NCBI RefSeq assembly: GCF_006345805.1
Contig: NC_043001.1
Location: 61,938,001-62,002,000 of the forward strand
Direction of reading: 5' to 3'
Length of the DNA stretch: 64,000 nucleotides
Origin: Octopus sinensis
Lineage: Eukaryota
Shown here: piece after piece, positions 37,700 through 50,419 of the stretch
Layout: every line of letters begins with the position of its first letter
How positions within the stretch are numbered: position 1 is the first letter of the stretch
The notes under the pieces: model-generated
What the model was told of the DNA's origin: nothing
What the model saw: only the letters and a program-made list of their open reading frames with translations
The model's database searches: none
Program-made: the position numbers and the translations under genes

Positions 37700-38470
37700 C
37701 TCGGCAAGGTTTGTGAAAGGATTTTTTATATTAGCATTCATTGCACTTGTCGAGGCAAAGATGAAGGGATCAACAAGAAAATGTGTAAGATTATATATTT
37801 CATTGCGCAGGAAAATAGAATTGTTGAGAAATGAAACAATCCAGAGACATTAACTATTAGATATGGATATCTTACTGAAATACAAACTTGTCTCACAGGC
37901 ATTTATGATGTACGTAAACTAAATTTACTTCGAGCAAGAATTAAAGATGGCTCATGAAACAAAATCTAATATTTCGCTCTTCAACAGGCACAATAACAGT
38001 AGTTCGACAGAACTTGCCGAACATTTTACATCAAATGGCTTTAGTTTTGAAAAAGACTTGAAAGTGCATATTCTCAGAAAATATTCTGAATCTGCTACAC
38101 TTTTAGTTCTCAAAATGCACGAGGAGAAATATATTTGTGAGTTGTTAACATCACACCCTCGTAGGATGAATAAAATAACAGGAGAATGTCATCATATTTA
38201 CACAAAACTGTTTGATTAAATATTCCTCTTTTACTTGTTATTTTCTCTGTTTTCTCTTTCTCTTTCTTTTTGCCAGTTGTAAACTTGAAAATTGAAGACT
38301 GATGATGTTATTTCATCAAGGTGGGAACTCTGGCTGCCTTGTTTAAATTTTGGATTTGAGTTTCTGTAATTTTATATTTCTATGTATCACTTTTCATTTT
38401 GAACTCGACAAGGACAGGTTAGCTGTCAAAATATCGTTCAACCAATAAAACATCTATTGCGATCGCATCG
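37700..38470 (+). mobile_element. Decayed PLE GIY-YIG C-terminus and 3' region
   Basis: STELAEHF...DLKVHIL...HEEKYICELLTSHPRRMN resembles the C-terminal helix and P.GxN motif of PLE endonucleases. Confidence 0.55.
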
Positions 38471-38486
38471 CGGTCTTCGTATTGTC

Positions 38487-38523
<37 letters not shown>

Positions 38524-38524
38524 C

Positions 38525-38569
<45 letters not shown>

Positions 38570-38999
38570 TTAAATCTAAGATAGAACCAATGAGGAGTGT
38601 AAAGCAGTTTCGAGACGTAGGATTATAGAATCAAGGTGATCTTGAGAGGGTAAACCTTCAATTACAAGTAAAAGATAATTTAGGCACAAAATATGAGTAT
38701 AATGTACTGGAATGTTATATATCAATGGGTGATAAGTATTCTTACAAATAGTGGAATATCTAAATATAGTCTACTACATTATATTTTACTAAGTTGAGAT
38801 CAAATTATAGTTAAACATAAGTTTGGGAATTATACATTTGCATTGACCAAAGTTATAATGTTTATTAGTATGAGTATAATAGTTAAGTGTTAGACTACCT
38901 ATAGTTAGTATATAGGAACGATTTGTATTTAAGGTGTTGGCAGCTTATAATTAATTCATCACGTTCAGTGATAATATTCGATTTAATTTTATTAATATG

Positions 39000-39960
39000 A
39001 AACACCTCTGATACACAGCCACCAGCGGCCAACCACCTTTATATGCTTGTAAATTATATGCAATAGGCCAAGTAAGGTTATATTCAATGCTATTATCAGC
39101 GAAAGAATTTATATAGATAAATACTATTAGTTTTATCTTTATTTGTAAATGTAGATTTGTGATTATTCCAGCGCAGTTTTAATGAGAAAAAGGATTCACC
39201 ACTATAAACATGCTCTTTTCAAAGTGATAGAGCATCTATGCAATATATCTTTCCTAAGATACATATTATTAATAGGACACTGATGTATTACGACAGTTAC
39301 ATAAAACATGGTTAGTCTAATTATTGGTAGCTACGATGGGTTCATCTCGAATTTCATTAACGATACAATTATTGGAATCAGGTATATCAATATGTTGACT
39401 ATTTGTAGCAGATGTTCTATTTCGGTTATTTAAATGGTTAAGAATGGTAGTATTTGATGGACGGTCAGTAGTTGTAATATTGTAAGTTGCATATTTTAAT
39501 TTACTACCGTTAAAATTTACTATATATTCTGCACTATTAGGCATGTTAGAGTACGTCAGTTTCACCGTGTATCTACTATCAGCGAGAGAATTTAAATAGA
39601 GAAGTACTATTAGCTTTATCTTTATGGTTAAATGTAGCTTTGTGATTATTCTTGCATAATTTTAATGAGGCTGAAGTGGAAGTTGGACCACAGAATATTC
39701 CTACACAAACTACTGTTATTTTTATTTTTAAACTTATTCCGATTAGATGTTGTAGGGCCTAAAGTAATTTGGTTATTATGGTTATTAATATTATTATTAT
39801 TATCATTAATTACATAAGTATAATACTTACTGCTCAGTGTTTTACCTGTTATTTCACAAACTTCTATTTTAATTCGTTTATGTCCTTTTTGTAAGGTATT
39901 TTTATGAATATTCACAATTATATTGAGCATATCAAGGAATAACTGATATTAATTTGCAAG
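39000..39960 (-). mobile_element. Decayed PLE linker region related to the 20-29 kb element
   Basis: RNILWSNF... and VKLTYSNMPN parallel KDILWLNIPF and VRISYSTLPN of the intact element, with Asn-rich flanks. ~115-bp direct duplication at 39090 and 39575. Confidence 0.55.
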
Positions 39961-40219
39961 ACAGTATATAATTGCAATTATCATCAATATATTTATTAGG
40001 GTACTTGTTTATTTTTACGTATTTAGTTATACGTATATGTGTGTATATGTGCATATTCTGATATGTGTACATATGCATATATATGTATGCATATCTATAT
40101 AAGAAGATGGATGTATATTTAAATATGCATGTGTTTTGCTTTTTATTGTTCTTTGTATTATTTGCTCATTTATATGTGAAATCTCTATATATCCATGTGG
40201 GTGTATATATTTTTACGTG

Positions 40220-40250
<31 letters not shown>

Positions 40251-42468
40251 TGTCGTGTGTGTCTGTGTGATCAAGATTGAGCGGGGGGAATAGGTAAAAT
40301 GCACGCTACGTATGTTTCTTAGCTAACTGAAGCTCGTGATGCAATTGTTATGCAAGAGTGGGTGTGGTTTTAGAGTTGACGAATAGGAGGAAAAGGGAAG
40401 AGAGAGAGAATAGAACAAAAAATTAAGAGAAGAATTATTATCGTTATGGGGAAAGTATTGTGATCATAAACATTAATTCATGAGATATAGCAACACATTT
40501 TGCCGACCGCTAAGTGTAAATGGGTAAAAGGTGTCGGAGTTGAATGTAAAAATGTACAGCTAGCTTTTGCTTCCGATCTAAAACTAGACTAGTGATCACT
40601 CAGCTTAGCTTTGAAGTTAGCGCTGCTTGCTAACATATGACAGAGCCGGAGGAGCAACTGAAGCGAACAGAAAAGTTCGCGACGAAATTTTCTTCGTGAC
40701 CTTTCAAGATTATGTGAAGTGGTCTGGGTTCGAAAGTTTCACTCCTATCTTTCAGACCGAGGTTAAAACCTAAATCACAAGTCTTTTTGTTAATTTCCTT
40801 TGCGATTGTGTCCGGTACTATTTTGTAGTCCTTATGCAGCTCTTTGAGGATAAGCTTCTGATAGAAAATGATTATATTGAAGATTTCCCTCCACTCAGGG
40901 GCCTACATGAACTATAAAAGTTATATTCTTTTGTCTTGTTCTCGCGAAAGAAAATATGTCTAAGCCAACAGGTCGAGTACATTGTAACATTAATGATTTG
41001 CTCTTCCTCCATTAATAATCCCCTCACTGTATAGAAAGAATTCTATTTCTCCTATTCCTAACATATATACACATATATTTTCACGACTACAACCTACACT
41101 TCTTTCCCACTCCTCTCCCACATCTCTATCACTGTTTCTCTTCATTCCCACTTTACTTTCATCTGACACTTATTCTGATGTCTGACGAAAGAAAAGTGGT
41201 AATGAAGACAGAGGCCTTATTCGTGTGTCTTATTACCCCTTGCCATCAGGAAATAGAGTTCAATCAAAGTTGTATGGCTGTATTTCATTGACTTCCAAAT
41301 CGAATGAAATCTTGGTGTTGCCCATCAAGGTCTAGTAAACTTTGCTTGGGTTTTCTTTCTTTATCCTGTTGACTTCCAATATATAAAATTGCTTTGATTT
41401 GTTGTAAATGGCGGTAATGGATTATACCAAAAGTTTACTTCATTGCTATGAAAATATTGTCTTAATTTATTTAAAATTATACTAGTTAAATCATTATTAT
41501 CATTAATATCATTCATTAATTGAATAATCTCCATTTTATTGCCTCAGCATTGTCCGTCTATCTGCTAGAAATTGCAGAAAACGCAATCAAATTTCTCTTC
41601 AACTACACATCTTCTTAAACAACAATAAACAACAAAACCTTTTTTAACAATCTGATGCAATCAAACACTCCCATTTTATACAACACAATAATTCAACATC
41701 ACAAGCATCACCAGCAACGGAGGTACTTTTATTGCACTTCAAAATACTGCCTTCTATGACAAACAACTAACGAAAAGAAAATAAAACAAATATAATTTAA
41801 TAATATCAGTTACCAAAAAAACTTGTTTTTAATTCCACCCAATAAATTTAATCGCGTTTCATTGTAGTGCAATAAAATATAAATGTCTTTATAGTAAAAT
41901 ATTTGACGAAGTATTGCCAAACACTAATTATTAGCAATTAATAAATAGGGAAATACCAAAGTTTAATTATTCTATGATAGGACCTATGTTGTTATTAATC
42001 CTTTGTAATTAATTCTATGACTTAAAAAATTATTTACCTCGCGTTGATATTTTTTGTTTTTGCATTCGCGTGTGTAATATGTTATTGTCGATTAGGAGTG
42101 ACAAATAGATTAATAAATTAAAAGATGAAGTTAGAAATAACTCATTTTACATTTCTAAAGTCTTTCATAAAATCACAATTGTCATTTCTTCCAATCTATC
42201 TTATGAGATCATTATATATGTATATGTGTGAGGATATGTGTTATGAGTAGGTGCATATATATTTGTGTGTCTGTGTGTGTAAATGTGCATGTATGTATAC
42301 ATGTTTGTGTGAGTGTGTACGTATATAGACGTTGTGAACGCAGGAGGTTTATGTCCATTATTGTAAGAACATGGTTGCAAGTATCTTTTATCTTTCTTCC
42401 TTTTTTATTTTTCCTAACTATTAGAGTAACTTCCCTTTTATTCAACGGTTTTTCATGGCGTTTGTTGC

Positions 42469-42536
42469 CATTAATAGCCAACGAGAATGTATCGTAGCTC
42501 TTCGCTCCGACATTCGAAACTCCGAGTACTATAATG
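42469..42536 (+). ncRNA. Type I hammerhead fold with a mutated core (CCAACGA)
   Basis: Stem I CATTAATAG/CTATAATG; stem II GAATGT/ACATTC; GAAA-CTCCGAG-TA; followed ~30 nt later by (TA)n. Confidence 0.6.
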
Positions 42537-42565
42537 ACAACCTTTTACTGTTTGTTCTAAATTAT

Positions 42566-42655
<90 letters not shown>

Positions 42656-42661
42656 ATTATT

Positions 42662-43385
42662 ATTTGAGGGAATAAAATCCAAACTTACAAGGAAAAAGAA
42701 TTCAATTTAGAAATACTAAATCAAATTCCACACAACATAATATATATATATAATATTAGAAAATAACCACCTTTTATCAATTAAAAATGAATAATTAAAT
42801 TACACCATCTAGAAAATTACATATAATAGAGAAGTTAAAATTAAAATAACAATAAAAAGTAAAGATTAAGTAGATTACAAAAATAATATAATGTATATAA
42901 TAGGTAGAAAAACGACACGTGTTTCGCTGCTATATTTAAGAAATGATTATAGTAGTAGAGAAATCACTTCCATATAAATATAGTCGCTCACCAGGTTAAA
43001 AATAAAATAGAACAATAAAATAATTAAAATAAAATAATTAATTAATAAATATACTTTAATATATATATATATATGTATATGAAAATTCTATATATACATA
43101 AGTGAAAAATAAAATAATACTTCAATAATTAAATACTTTAAAATTAAATAAAATACACAAAGCTATTACAAGTCATTAAATTCTTATCAAAATAAGAAAT
43201 GTTTCAAATATAGACAAACTCCTTAAATAAGCTAACCATATAATAAAAATACATGTGTAGTATCTATAGATTTAATATAACAATCTACAACAAAATTGAC
43301 TAAATATCAAATAATATAATACCTAATTAACTTAAATTTAGTATTACAAATACATAATCCACCTATATATCAATATATAATATAA
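42662..43385 (-). mobile_element. Non-coding PLE pseudo-LTR-type element between (TA)n tracts
   Basis: AT-rich, carries a minus-strand hammerhead motif, bounded by (TA)n on both sides. Confidence 0.55.
42911..42997 (-). ncRNA. Type I hammerhead motif (core variant CTGGTGA)
   Basis: Minus strand: AAC-CTGGTGA-GCGACTATATTTA...TAAATATAGCAGC-GAAA-CACGTG-TC-GTT. Palindromic stem III, GUC site. Confidence 0.7.
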
Positions 43386-43401
43386 TATATTATTTATATA
43401 T

Positions 43402-43477
<76 letters not shown>

Positions 43478-43529
43478 TGTATATAAGTCTGCTCGGGATT
43501 TAGTGCTTGCTTCTTCCGTGGGATAAACG

Positions 43530-44090
43530 GTGCATATTGCAAGACGTCTCAATAGTAGCGGCATTCAACACAGGCAATGATCATCACTTGTTACAAGCAA
43601 TGGTCGTGATCAATGAAATCAAAGAGAAAAGGCTCTGCATACTTCAATAAAAAATCAACGCGTAAAGGCCTTTGATGTGAAATAGTTTCAGGAAGCTATC
43701 ATGAAGGAAATTTGGAGTCAACCTGAAGAGTTCGATGAGGACTATAATTTGCCGAGGACCACAGAGAATTCAAAGCTGCATAAGGAAGGCAAAAACTGCA
43801 AGCCAGCAGGACCCTGGCGAAAGAATCTAGAAGACAAAGAAAATGCTAGAGAAACGGAAAACGATGAAGAGGATTATGAAAAATCCCCTCGAGTATTCTG
43901 TTCTCTGCAAAGTCAATATCTCAGAAATGACTTTGAGAATTATAGACTGAAGAAATTGGTGTAGACTGTAGAGGAAAGGAAAAGTTTTTATAAATGCAGG
44001 AGAGGGCTGGTGCTTTATATGTTAGCGGTAACGGCGCTTAAGAACAAGGATGAGCTCACGGTGACAGACAAATGGAAGATGGAGAAGCTG
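43530..44090 (+). mobile_element. RTE-clade LINE fragment (end of APE plus linker), decayed
   Basis: LQDVSIVAAFNTGNDHHLLQAMV (SDHRL-like motif), then ...RRGLVLYMLAVTALKNKDELTVTDKWKMEKL. Confidence 0.55.
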
Positions 44091-44097
44091 TGAACTC

Positions 44098-45810
44098 CAT
44101 TCTTTATTTGAGCACTCGGGCTCATACAGAGGGGGCGGCACAAGAATAGATAGAACACCACAGTGGGGACAAAAAATACATAACGAATGAATGAAGGATG
44201 AACAATAATAATGAGGATGAAATGGCTTGCTTGCTTCCCACTCGCAAGTAGTATCATTTAAATGTTTCTAGTCTAGTTCTTTTTTTTTCTCTTCTTTTCG
44301 TTTTTTGCATCTGCTTAACAGTCATTTAGAATTTTTTTAATATTTACTTACTTTTTTTACCATTTTTGGTGCGGCAACAGGCCCTCATACTCTACTACTG
44401 GTGGCAAGTCGTCGAACTCCATGCGTAATCCCGTTGCGTTTATCCTATTTCCGAACAGTTCTCGTAGTCTTTCGCATCTCTCCTTGTCAATAACAATTGC
44501 TTTGGTGCTCTCTGAATAGTATTCCGTCGCTATCTTTACTCTTATTACTGATTTCATTTTCATTATTTTCCTCTCTATATCTGTGCTTTTCGCATATGTT
44601 ACCATATGGCATTTAGGTTTTGGTTCTTTTTTATTCACTTGTTTCTTCAGTCCCATCTGTTTTTTCGCATTGGCTTCCCTTGTTGTTGTTGATATCTCAT
44701 ATTGTGCCTCTTGTTTACATTCTTTCCTTTTCTTCTTACTATTCCCCACCGTATACACCTCATCCATCATCTCCGGACACTTTCCACGTACTGGGGTCGT
44801 CACTTTGCATTTTGCTCCTGCTCGTCACGCTACTGCAGTTGTTCCTTTTCACTTTTATCGTCATTCTGGGGACACCTTGCTATCATGTGTCCCCTTACTC
44901 CACAATAGTAACAGGTTGGAGATCTTCCATCCACCACTACTCTCAATTACACGTCCTCTAGCAATATTACTTCCTCCGCTATCTTGTGCAAGTCTTGTAA
45001 ACTGACTTGGATGGCACTTCGAGACCGTATCCCCAACTGTTTACCTCTTTCGTCCTCGTTACTTTCAACACTTTTAGGTCCTTCTCCATATTATACAAAA
45101 TGGCTGCCACCAGCCACGCCTCCTCAATCTCCGGGGGTACTCTGCCAAAGCTTACCCTGGCCACTCGTTTACCACAGTAAATCAGCAGAAGTACCCACTC
45201 TGGTGTCCTTAGCGCCACAATGGTGTCGTTTATCGTTTCTTTTTCACTAGCGAAACTTACCTCCACTGTGCCGTATTTCCTCCCTCTCGTGCAGTATGTT
45301 GTGAGGTTTTTTACCTCCTTCAAGCACTCGTCTATAGCCTCTAGTGTGGCTATTTCTATTCTTTTCGATGTCGTGGACAGCGTTCTATACACCACTGTCC
45401 GCTTCATTACGCTCGCTGTTAAATTTTCCGGCGATGTCAACCTCAAAATCTTTCCATCCTTCTCTATAGGTTTGTTGAACTCCTTCAACTTCTTCTGCTC
45501 CATCTTCACCTCTCAAACCGGCAACATGCTGGCAATCAAACTTCTTCCAGTGGCTGAAGCATAGCTGCCGGCTAGAACTGGTTCGCACTCCATCCTTTGC
45601 ATTTTCTCTATTTCACCCATAAATGGGGAAGAAAAACAATTCTAAGTTTACAGACAAAACACCGCAACAACAATTCAACAATTTAACAATGATGTTCAAC
45701 AAGTAAGTTCACCCTTGCGGGAGACCTTCAGATTGTAACTAACAATGTAACTCACATTTAACAGAGATCAAAAGTGATTAAACCGAACAGAAAGAAAAAA
45801 CGGTTTTAAC
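44098..45810 (-). mobile_element. ORF1-only LINE-like unit A (gag-like, CCHC knuckle)
   Basis: ~300-nt leader; frameshifted ORF ~45509-44357 containing CYYCGVRGHMIARC (44872-44913); 3' UTR ending near AATAAAGAA; no RT. Confidence 0.7.
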
Positions 45811-47579
45811 TCCTTTTATTATTTGAGCACTCAGGCTCATACACAGAGGGGGATGGCAAAAGGACAGGTACAACATCACAGTGGGGACGAAAAACACAGA
45901 ACGAACGAATGAAGGATGAATTATAATAATGGAGGTGAAATGGCTGCATGCTCCCCACTCGCAAGCAGTATCATTTTAAATGTTTTAAACGTTTTTATAT
46001 CATTTTTCGTTTTTCCCTTTTTTCATCAGGGTTGTAGTCATTAAAACACCAAACATTTACTTACTTCTTTTTCATCATTTTATGTAAGGTATTAATCTAT
46101 GTAAAGTATAATCATAATCTATTACTGGCGTCAAGTCATCAAACACCACACACACTCCTGCTGGGTCTATCTTATCTCCAAACAATTCTCTCAATCTTGC
46201 ACATTTCTTCTTGTCAATTATAATTGCCTTGGTGCTCTCTGGATAATATTCCATTGTTAGCTTCACTCTCGCTACTGACTTCATATTGATTGTCTTTTCA
46301 ATTTCCGTAGTTTTCGAATATGTCACCATACGCCATTTCTTTATTGGTTCTTTTTTTGTTATTTGTTCTTGCAGTACTACTTGATTTTCTAAGTTGGCTT
46401 CCTTTGTTGATATTGTTGGAATCTCCTGCTGAAACTCTTCCTGTTTATTTTCTTTCCTTTAGTGAACTTTTTGGCGGCGAGTCCACGCTTTCCTTCCTTT
46501 ACCTTTTCCTATTTATCACCGTATATTCCTCCTCCACCTTCTTTGGCCACTTCTCACTCACTGGGGTCGCCACTCCGGCATTTTGCTCCTGCTCGTCACC
46601 CTGTTACTATTGTTGCTGTTCACCTTTCTTGTCATTCTGGGGACAACTTGCTCTCATGTGTCCCCTTCTCCACACTGGTAACAGGTTGGATGTCTTCCCT
46701 CCACCTCTGCTCTTAATCTCACTTCTCCGGCAGTTTCACCTCCTCCGCTATCTTGTGCAAGTCCTGAAAACTGACCTGAACCGCCACCTCGAGGTGGCGA
46801 TTCAGATCAGTTTACCACCATTTATCTCTTTCGTTCTTGTTACTTTTAGAACTTTCGCTTCCTCCTCCATATTCTACATAATGGCTGCCACCAGCCACGC
46901 CTCCTCAATCTCCGGGGGTACTCTGCCAATCCCTACCCTGGCCACTCGTTTGCCACAGTACGTCGGCTGAAGTACCGACTCTGGTGTCCTTAGCGTCACT
47001 GTGGAGTGCTTTATCAAGTTTTGTTCGCTCGTGAATCTTCCCTCCACTGTGCCATACTTTTTCCCTCTGGTATAGAATGCTGTGAGGCTTTTTACCTCCT
47101 TTAAACACTCCTCTATGACTTCCACCGTAGCTATTTCAATTCTTTTGTTGCCGTGGACAGCGTTCTATATACTACTGTACGCTTAGTCACATTAGCTATC
47201 AAATCTTATGGCGGGGTCGACTTCAAACTGGCTCCCTCCTTTTCGATCAGTCTGTTAAACTCCTTTAGCTTCTTTTTCTCCATCTTCACCTCTCGAAGCT
47301 GTAACACGACTGCAGTTAAACCTCTTATGGTGGCTGAACATAGCTGCCGGCCGGAACTGGTTCGCTTTCCATCCTTACTTTTCTTATTACTTCACACATA
47401 AATGGGGAAGAAAACAAGTATAAAATCAAAGCATAAAACAGCAACTAACAATTCAACAATGAGTTTAAGCAATTAGGTTCACCCTTACGGGAGACCTTCA
47501 ACAAATAATCAACAATGCCACTCACATCCAACAGGGATCAAAAATGATGAAACGAAACAGGAAAAAAAGCTGTGAACTC
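45811..47579 (-). mobile_element. ORF1-only LINE-like unit B, diverged tandem paralog of A
   Basis: Collinear with A (KRTVVYRTLST, GTVE, CGKRVARV..GRVPPEIEEAWLVAAI). Knuckle CYQCGE[R]GHMRASC carries a 1-nt deletion (46643-46683). Same 3' UTR block. Confidence 0.7.
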
Positions 47580-48695
47580 AGAAAAAAATGGTGTTAACTG
47601 CCCCAATTCATACAGTTTCTTTATTTTATTGAAATGTGTTAGTCAACTTTCAGTTACGTGGGGTGGTCAGAATCTTTCCACAACAAACACAAAAATAATT
47701 TCCTTTTTCAGATGATTGTTACTTTTTCTTTCTCTATTTTTTCTTTACATTTCTCACTTCTTTAACAAAGAAATCTCATAGCCATACCGTTGCACACACA
47801 TATCTTCTACCACACACCTCCCTGTTCTTTTTGTCTTCCTTTTCACTTCACACTCATGGCTGCTGCTACTTCCTCACTTCCAAGTTTTACTTGAATACAA
47901 CACAATTACAACCACCACATCAACTACCCACAAATCAATTACCCCATGCCACTTCATTTTCACACTTGTACACATACAGACACCTCACTACAAACAACAT
48001 ACACCTCCCCTATGGCTGGCTCAATACACCAACTCACCCCTATATGCATACACATACACTCATCCCTCCTCCCTTCTTAATTACCCTCATAGAACCACAT
48101 TCCCATCTTGCCCTTAACCTCCTCACCAGTTTCCCCAACCACTTTTTCTCATTCACTTTCTTCCTATATTTTTTTTTCTGATGAAGGACAAGAATCTGAA
48201 ATGTCAAGACTTTTTCTATCCTTTTAAGCACTAAACTAATTGCCATCATAATCTTTCCTTAGTGGCAATGTAGCTTTCAGTCAATGTTGTAAAACACTTG
48301 CAATAATCCCTAAAGTGAAAATTTTAACTTTCCTGGTCAACCAAGTGGTTCTTAGACAGCATAATATCGATATTAGGCTGAGCATCAAGGCTAAATTTTA
48401 TATTAAGAGAATTAATTATTAAATAATGCAATATCTTATTGCTACCACTTATTTACAATATTTTATTAAAGTTTTTAATTAAAGTTTCATTTTAAATTAC
48501 ATGCAACTAAAGCAACAAAACTGTGTACTTCAACTCAGTGAATTTCATAAATTATTTGTTTCATTGCCTGTTGATTTGCAACTCATCCAAATTGTTAATT
48601 AATGGTTGTTGATCAAACTGAGGCAAAGCAGTAATTTTTCAATTAAAACACATAAACTATGATTTAATAATTAAAATATGACAAGTAGAAATATA

Positions 48696-49971
48696 TTGGG
48701 TTGGCAACTAAATTCCTGCCATTTTTTTTTATTTAAATTTTTTAAAAGGTTTAATAAAAAATAACAACTAATTAATTAATAATGTATTCACCCTTTTTGT
48801 TTACAACTTCTTCCCAACGTTCAACAAGATTTTCAATACCTTGTTGATAGAAATCACCTGATTTTGACTCGATAAATTGATCTAACCAAGCTCTCAATTC
48901 TGCATCAGTATTGAACAAAACTCCACACATAGCATTTGAAAGAGATCAAAAGAGGAGGAAATCTGTTGGAGCCAAATCAGGAGAGCATGGCAGGTGTGGC
49001 AGCACTTCCCAGCCATGCATTTGAATGGCTTCCGTGAAATTTTGGCAATATGAGGGCAGGCATTGTCATGCAGCAGAAGAACTCCATTCTGCTGATTAGG
49101 TCTTTTCTCTTGAATAGCCATGTTGAGTCATTCCATCTGTTGAACATAGAGTTCTGTGTTGACCATTTGGTTCCGTTCAAGCAATTCATAATGGATAATC
49201 CCTTCACAGTCCCACCATGCAAACAACATCCTTTTATGTGAATGAAGATCTTGTTTCATGAGCGGTGTCACTTGTTTATCGAGACTAAGCCATTCCGATG
49301 TACGGGCAGCATTTTCCGTTGCCAGTAACGATTTGGTAAAGAAATCATTGCTTGTATCCATGAGTTGAGCAGTGATGAGCAAGCAAACCAGTGGAGATTG
49401 TGGCTCATTGATTTTTACTGTTGTCACTTAAAGCATGCAGAACCCATGCTCCATACTTCTGAAACTTTCCCATCGAGTGAAGATGCTTCTCTATAGCAGT
49501 GTGGGAGCAATCCATTTTCTCTGCCAGTTCCCTTGTCATTTGTCGAGAATTTTTGTGCAAAAATTGGTTTAATTGCTCTTCATCGAACTCAACTGGATAG
49601 CCAGAATGAGGTGCGTCTTTGAGGTCAAAATTTCCATTTTTGAACTTGCCATACTAATCACGAGTGGTTCTTTCAGCTATGGCACCCTCTCCATACACAG
49701 CACAAATGTTGCAAGTAGCTTTTGCAACCTTAGAACCTTGATTAAAAGCAAAAAGAAGGAGGTGTCGAAAATGCTCGTTTTTCTTAACTTGACATTCCAT
49801 TTTAATGATCTGAAAATAAACAAAAATTAACTAAAATTAACTAGAAAAAGAAAAAAATAGATTCCAAAATGATTAAAAAATAGAATTCTCGGTAAAAATA
49901 GATTCCAAAATTTAAAAACACAATAAATTCCAAAATTTTAAAAAACGGCGGGAACTTAGTTGCCAACCCAA
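48696..49971 (-). mobile_element. Full-length decayed mariner (1276 bp)
   Basis: TIRs TTGGGTTGGCAACTAA(A/G)TTCC(T/C)GCC at both ends, TA flanks. Transposase remnant 49800-48771: MECQVKKNEHFRHLLLFAF..., WWDCEGIIHYELL, LLLHDNA. Confidence 0.92.
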
Positions 49972-50419
49972 TATATTTATTTTCATAATATACAACAGAA
50001 ATGATAAGGAATAAATTAATAAATGCCAATAATACTTATTTATAGATGTTTTAAAAGTATATTTTTGCTTTCACATTTTCATAGTAGAATTGGAAGACTT
50101 TTGAACATTCTTTTATCCTGTTAAATTTATAATTTTTTAATGATAAAATATTAAATCGCTATAATTATTTATATATAATAAAAATCAAGATTAACACCAA
50201 CAACACAAATCCCCAAACCCAGTTAAGCCCCAAGAATTAGTATTTTGCATAACTTGTTTTACTTTTTGTGTAGTATCATGGCCAATGTTTTGTGCATTTT
50301 AAAATGAAAATACATAATTACCTATTACATGAACATTAACAATGCATCCTCACATGTACTTGGAAACTATGAACAGGATAAGTGAAACGTCAATGGTTCA
50401 GGGCTTTTTTTTGTCCAAC

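Noticed and set aside
46320-46970. Hydrophobic plus-strand ORFs (216 aa here, 140 aa at 44583)
   Set aside because: Antisense to the purine-rich tails of the ORF1-like units.
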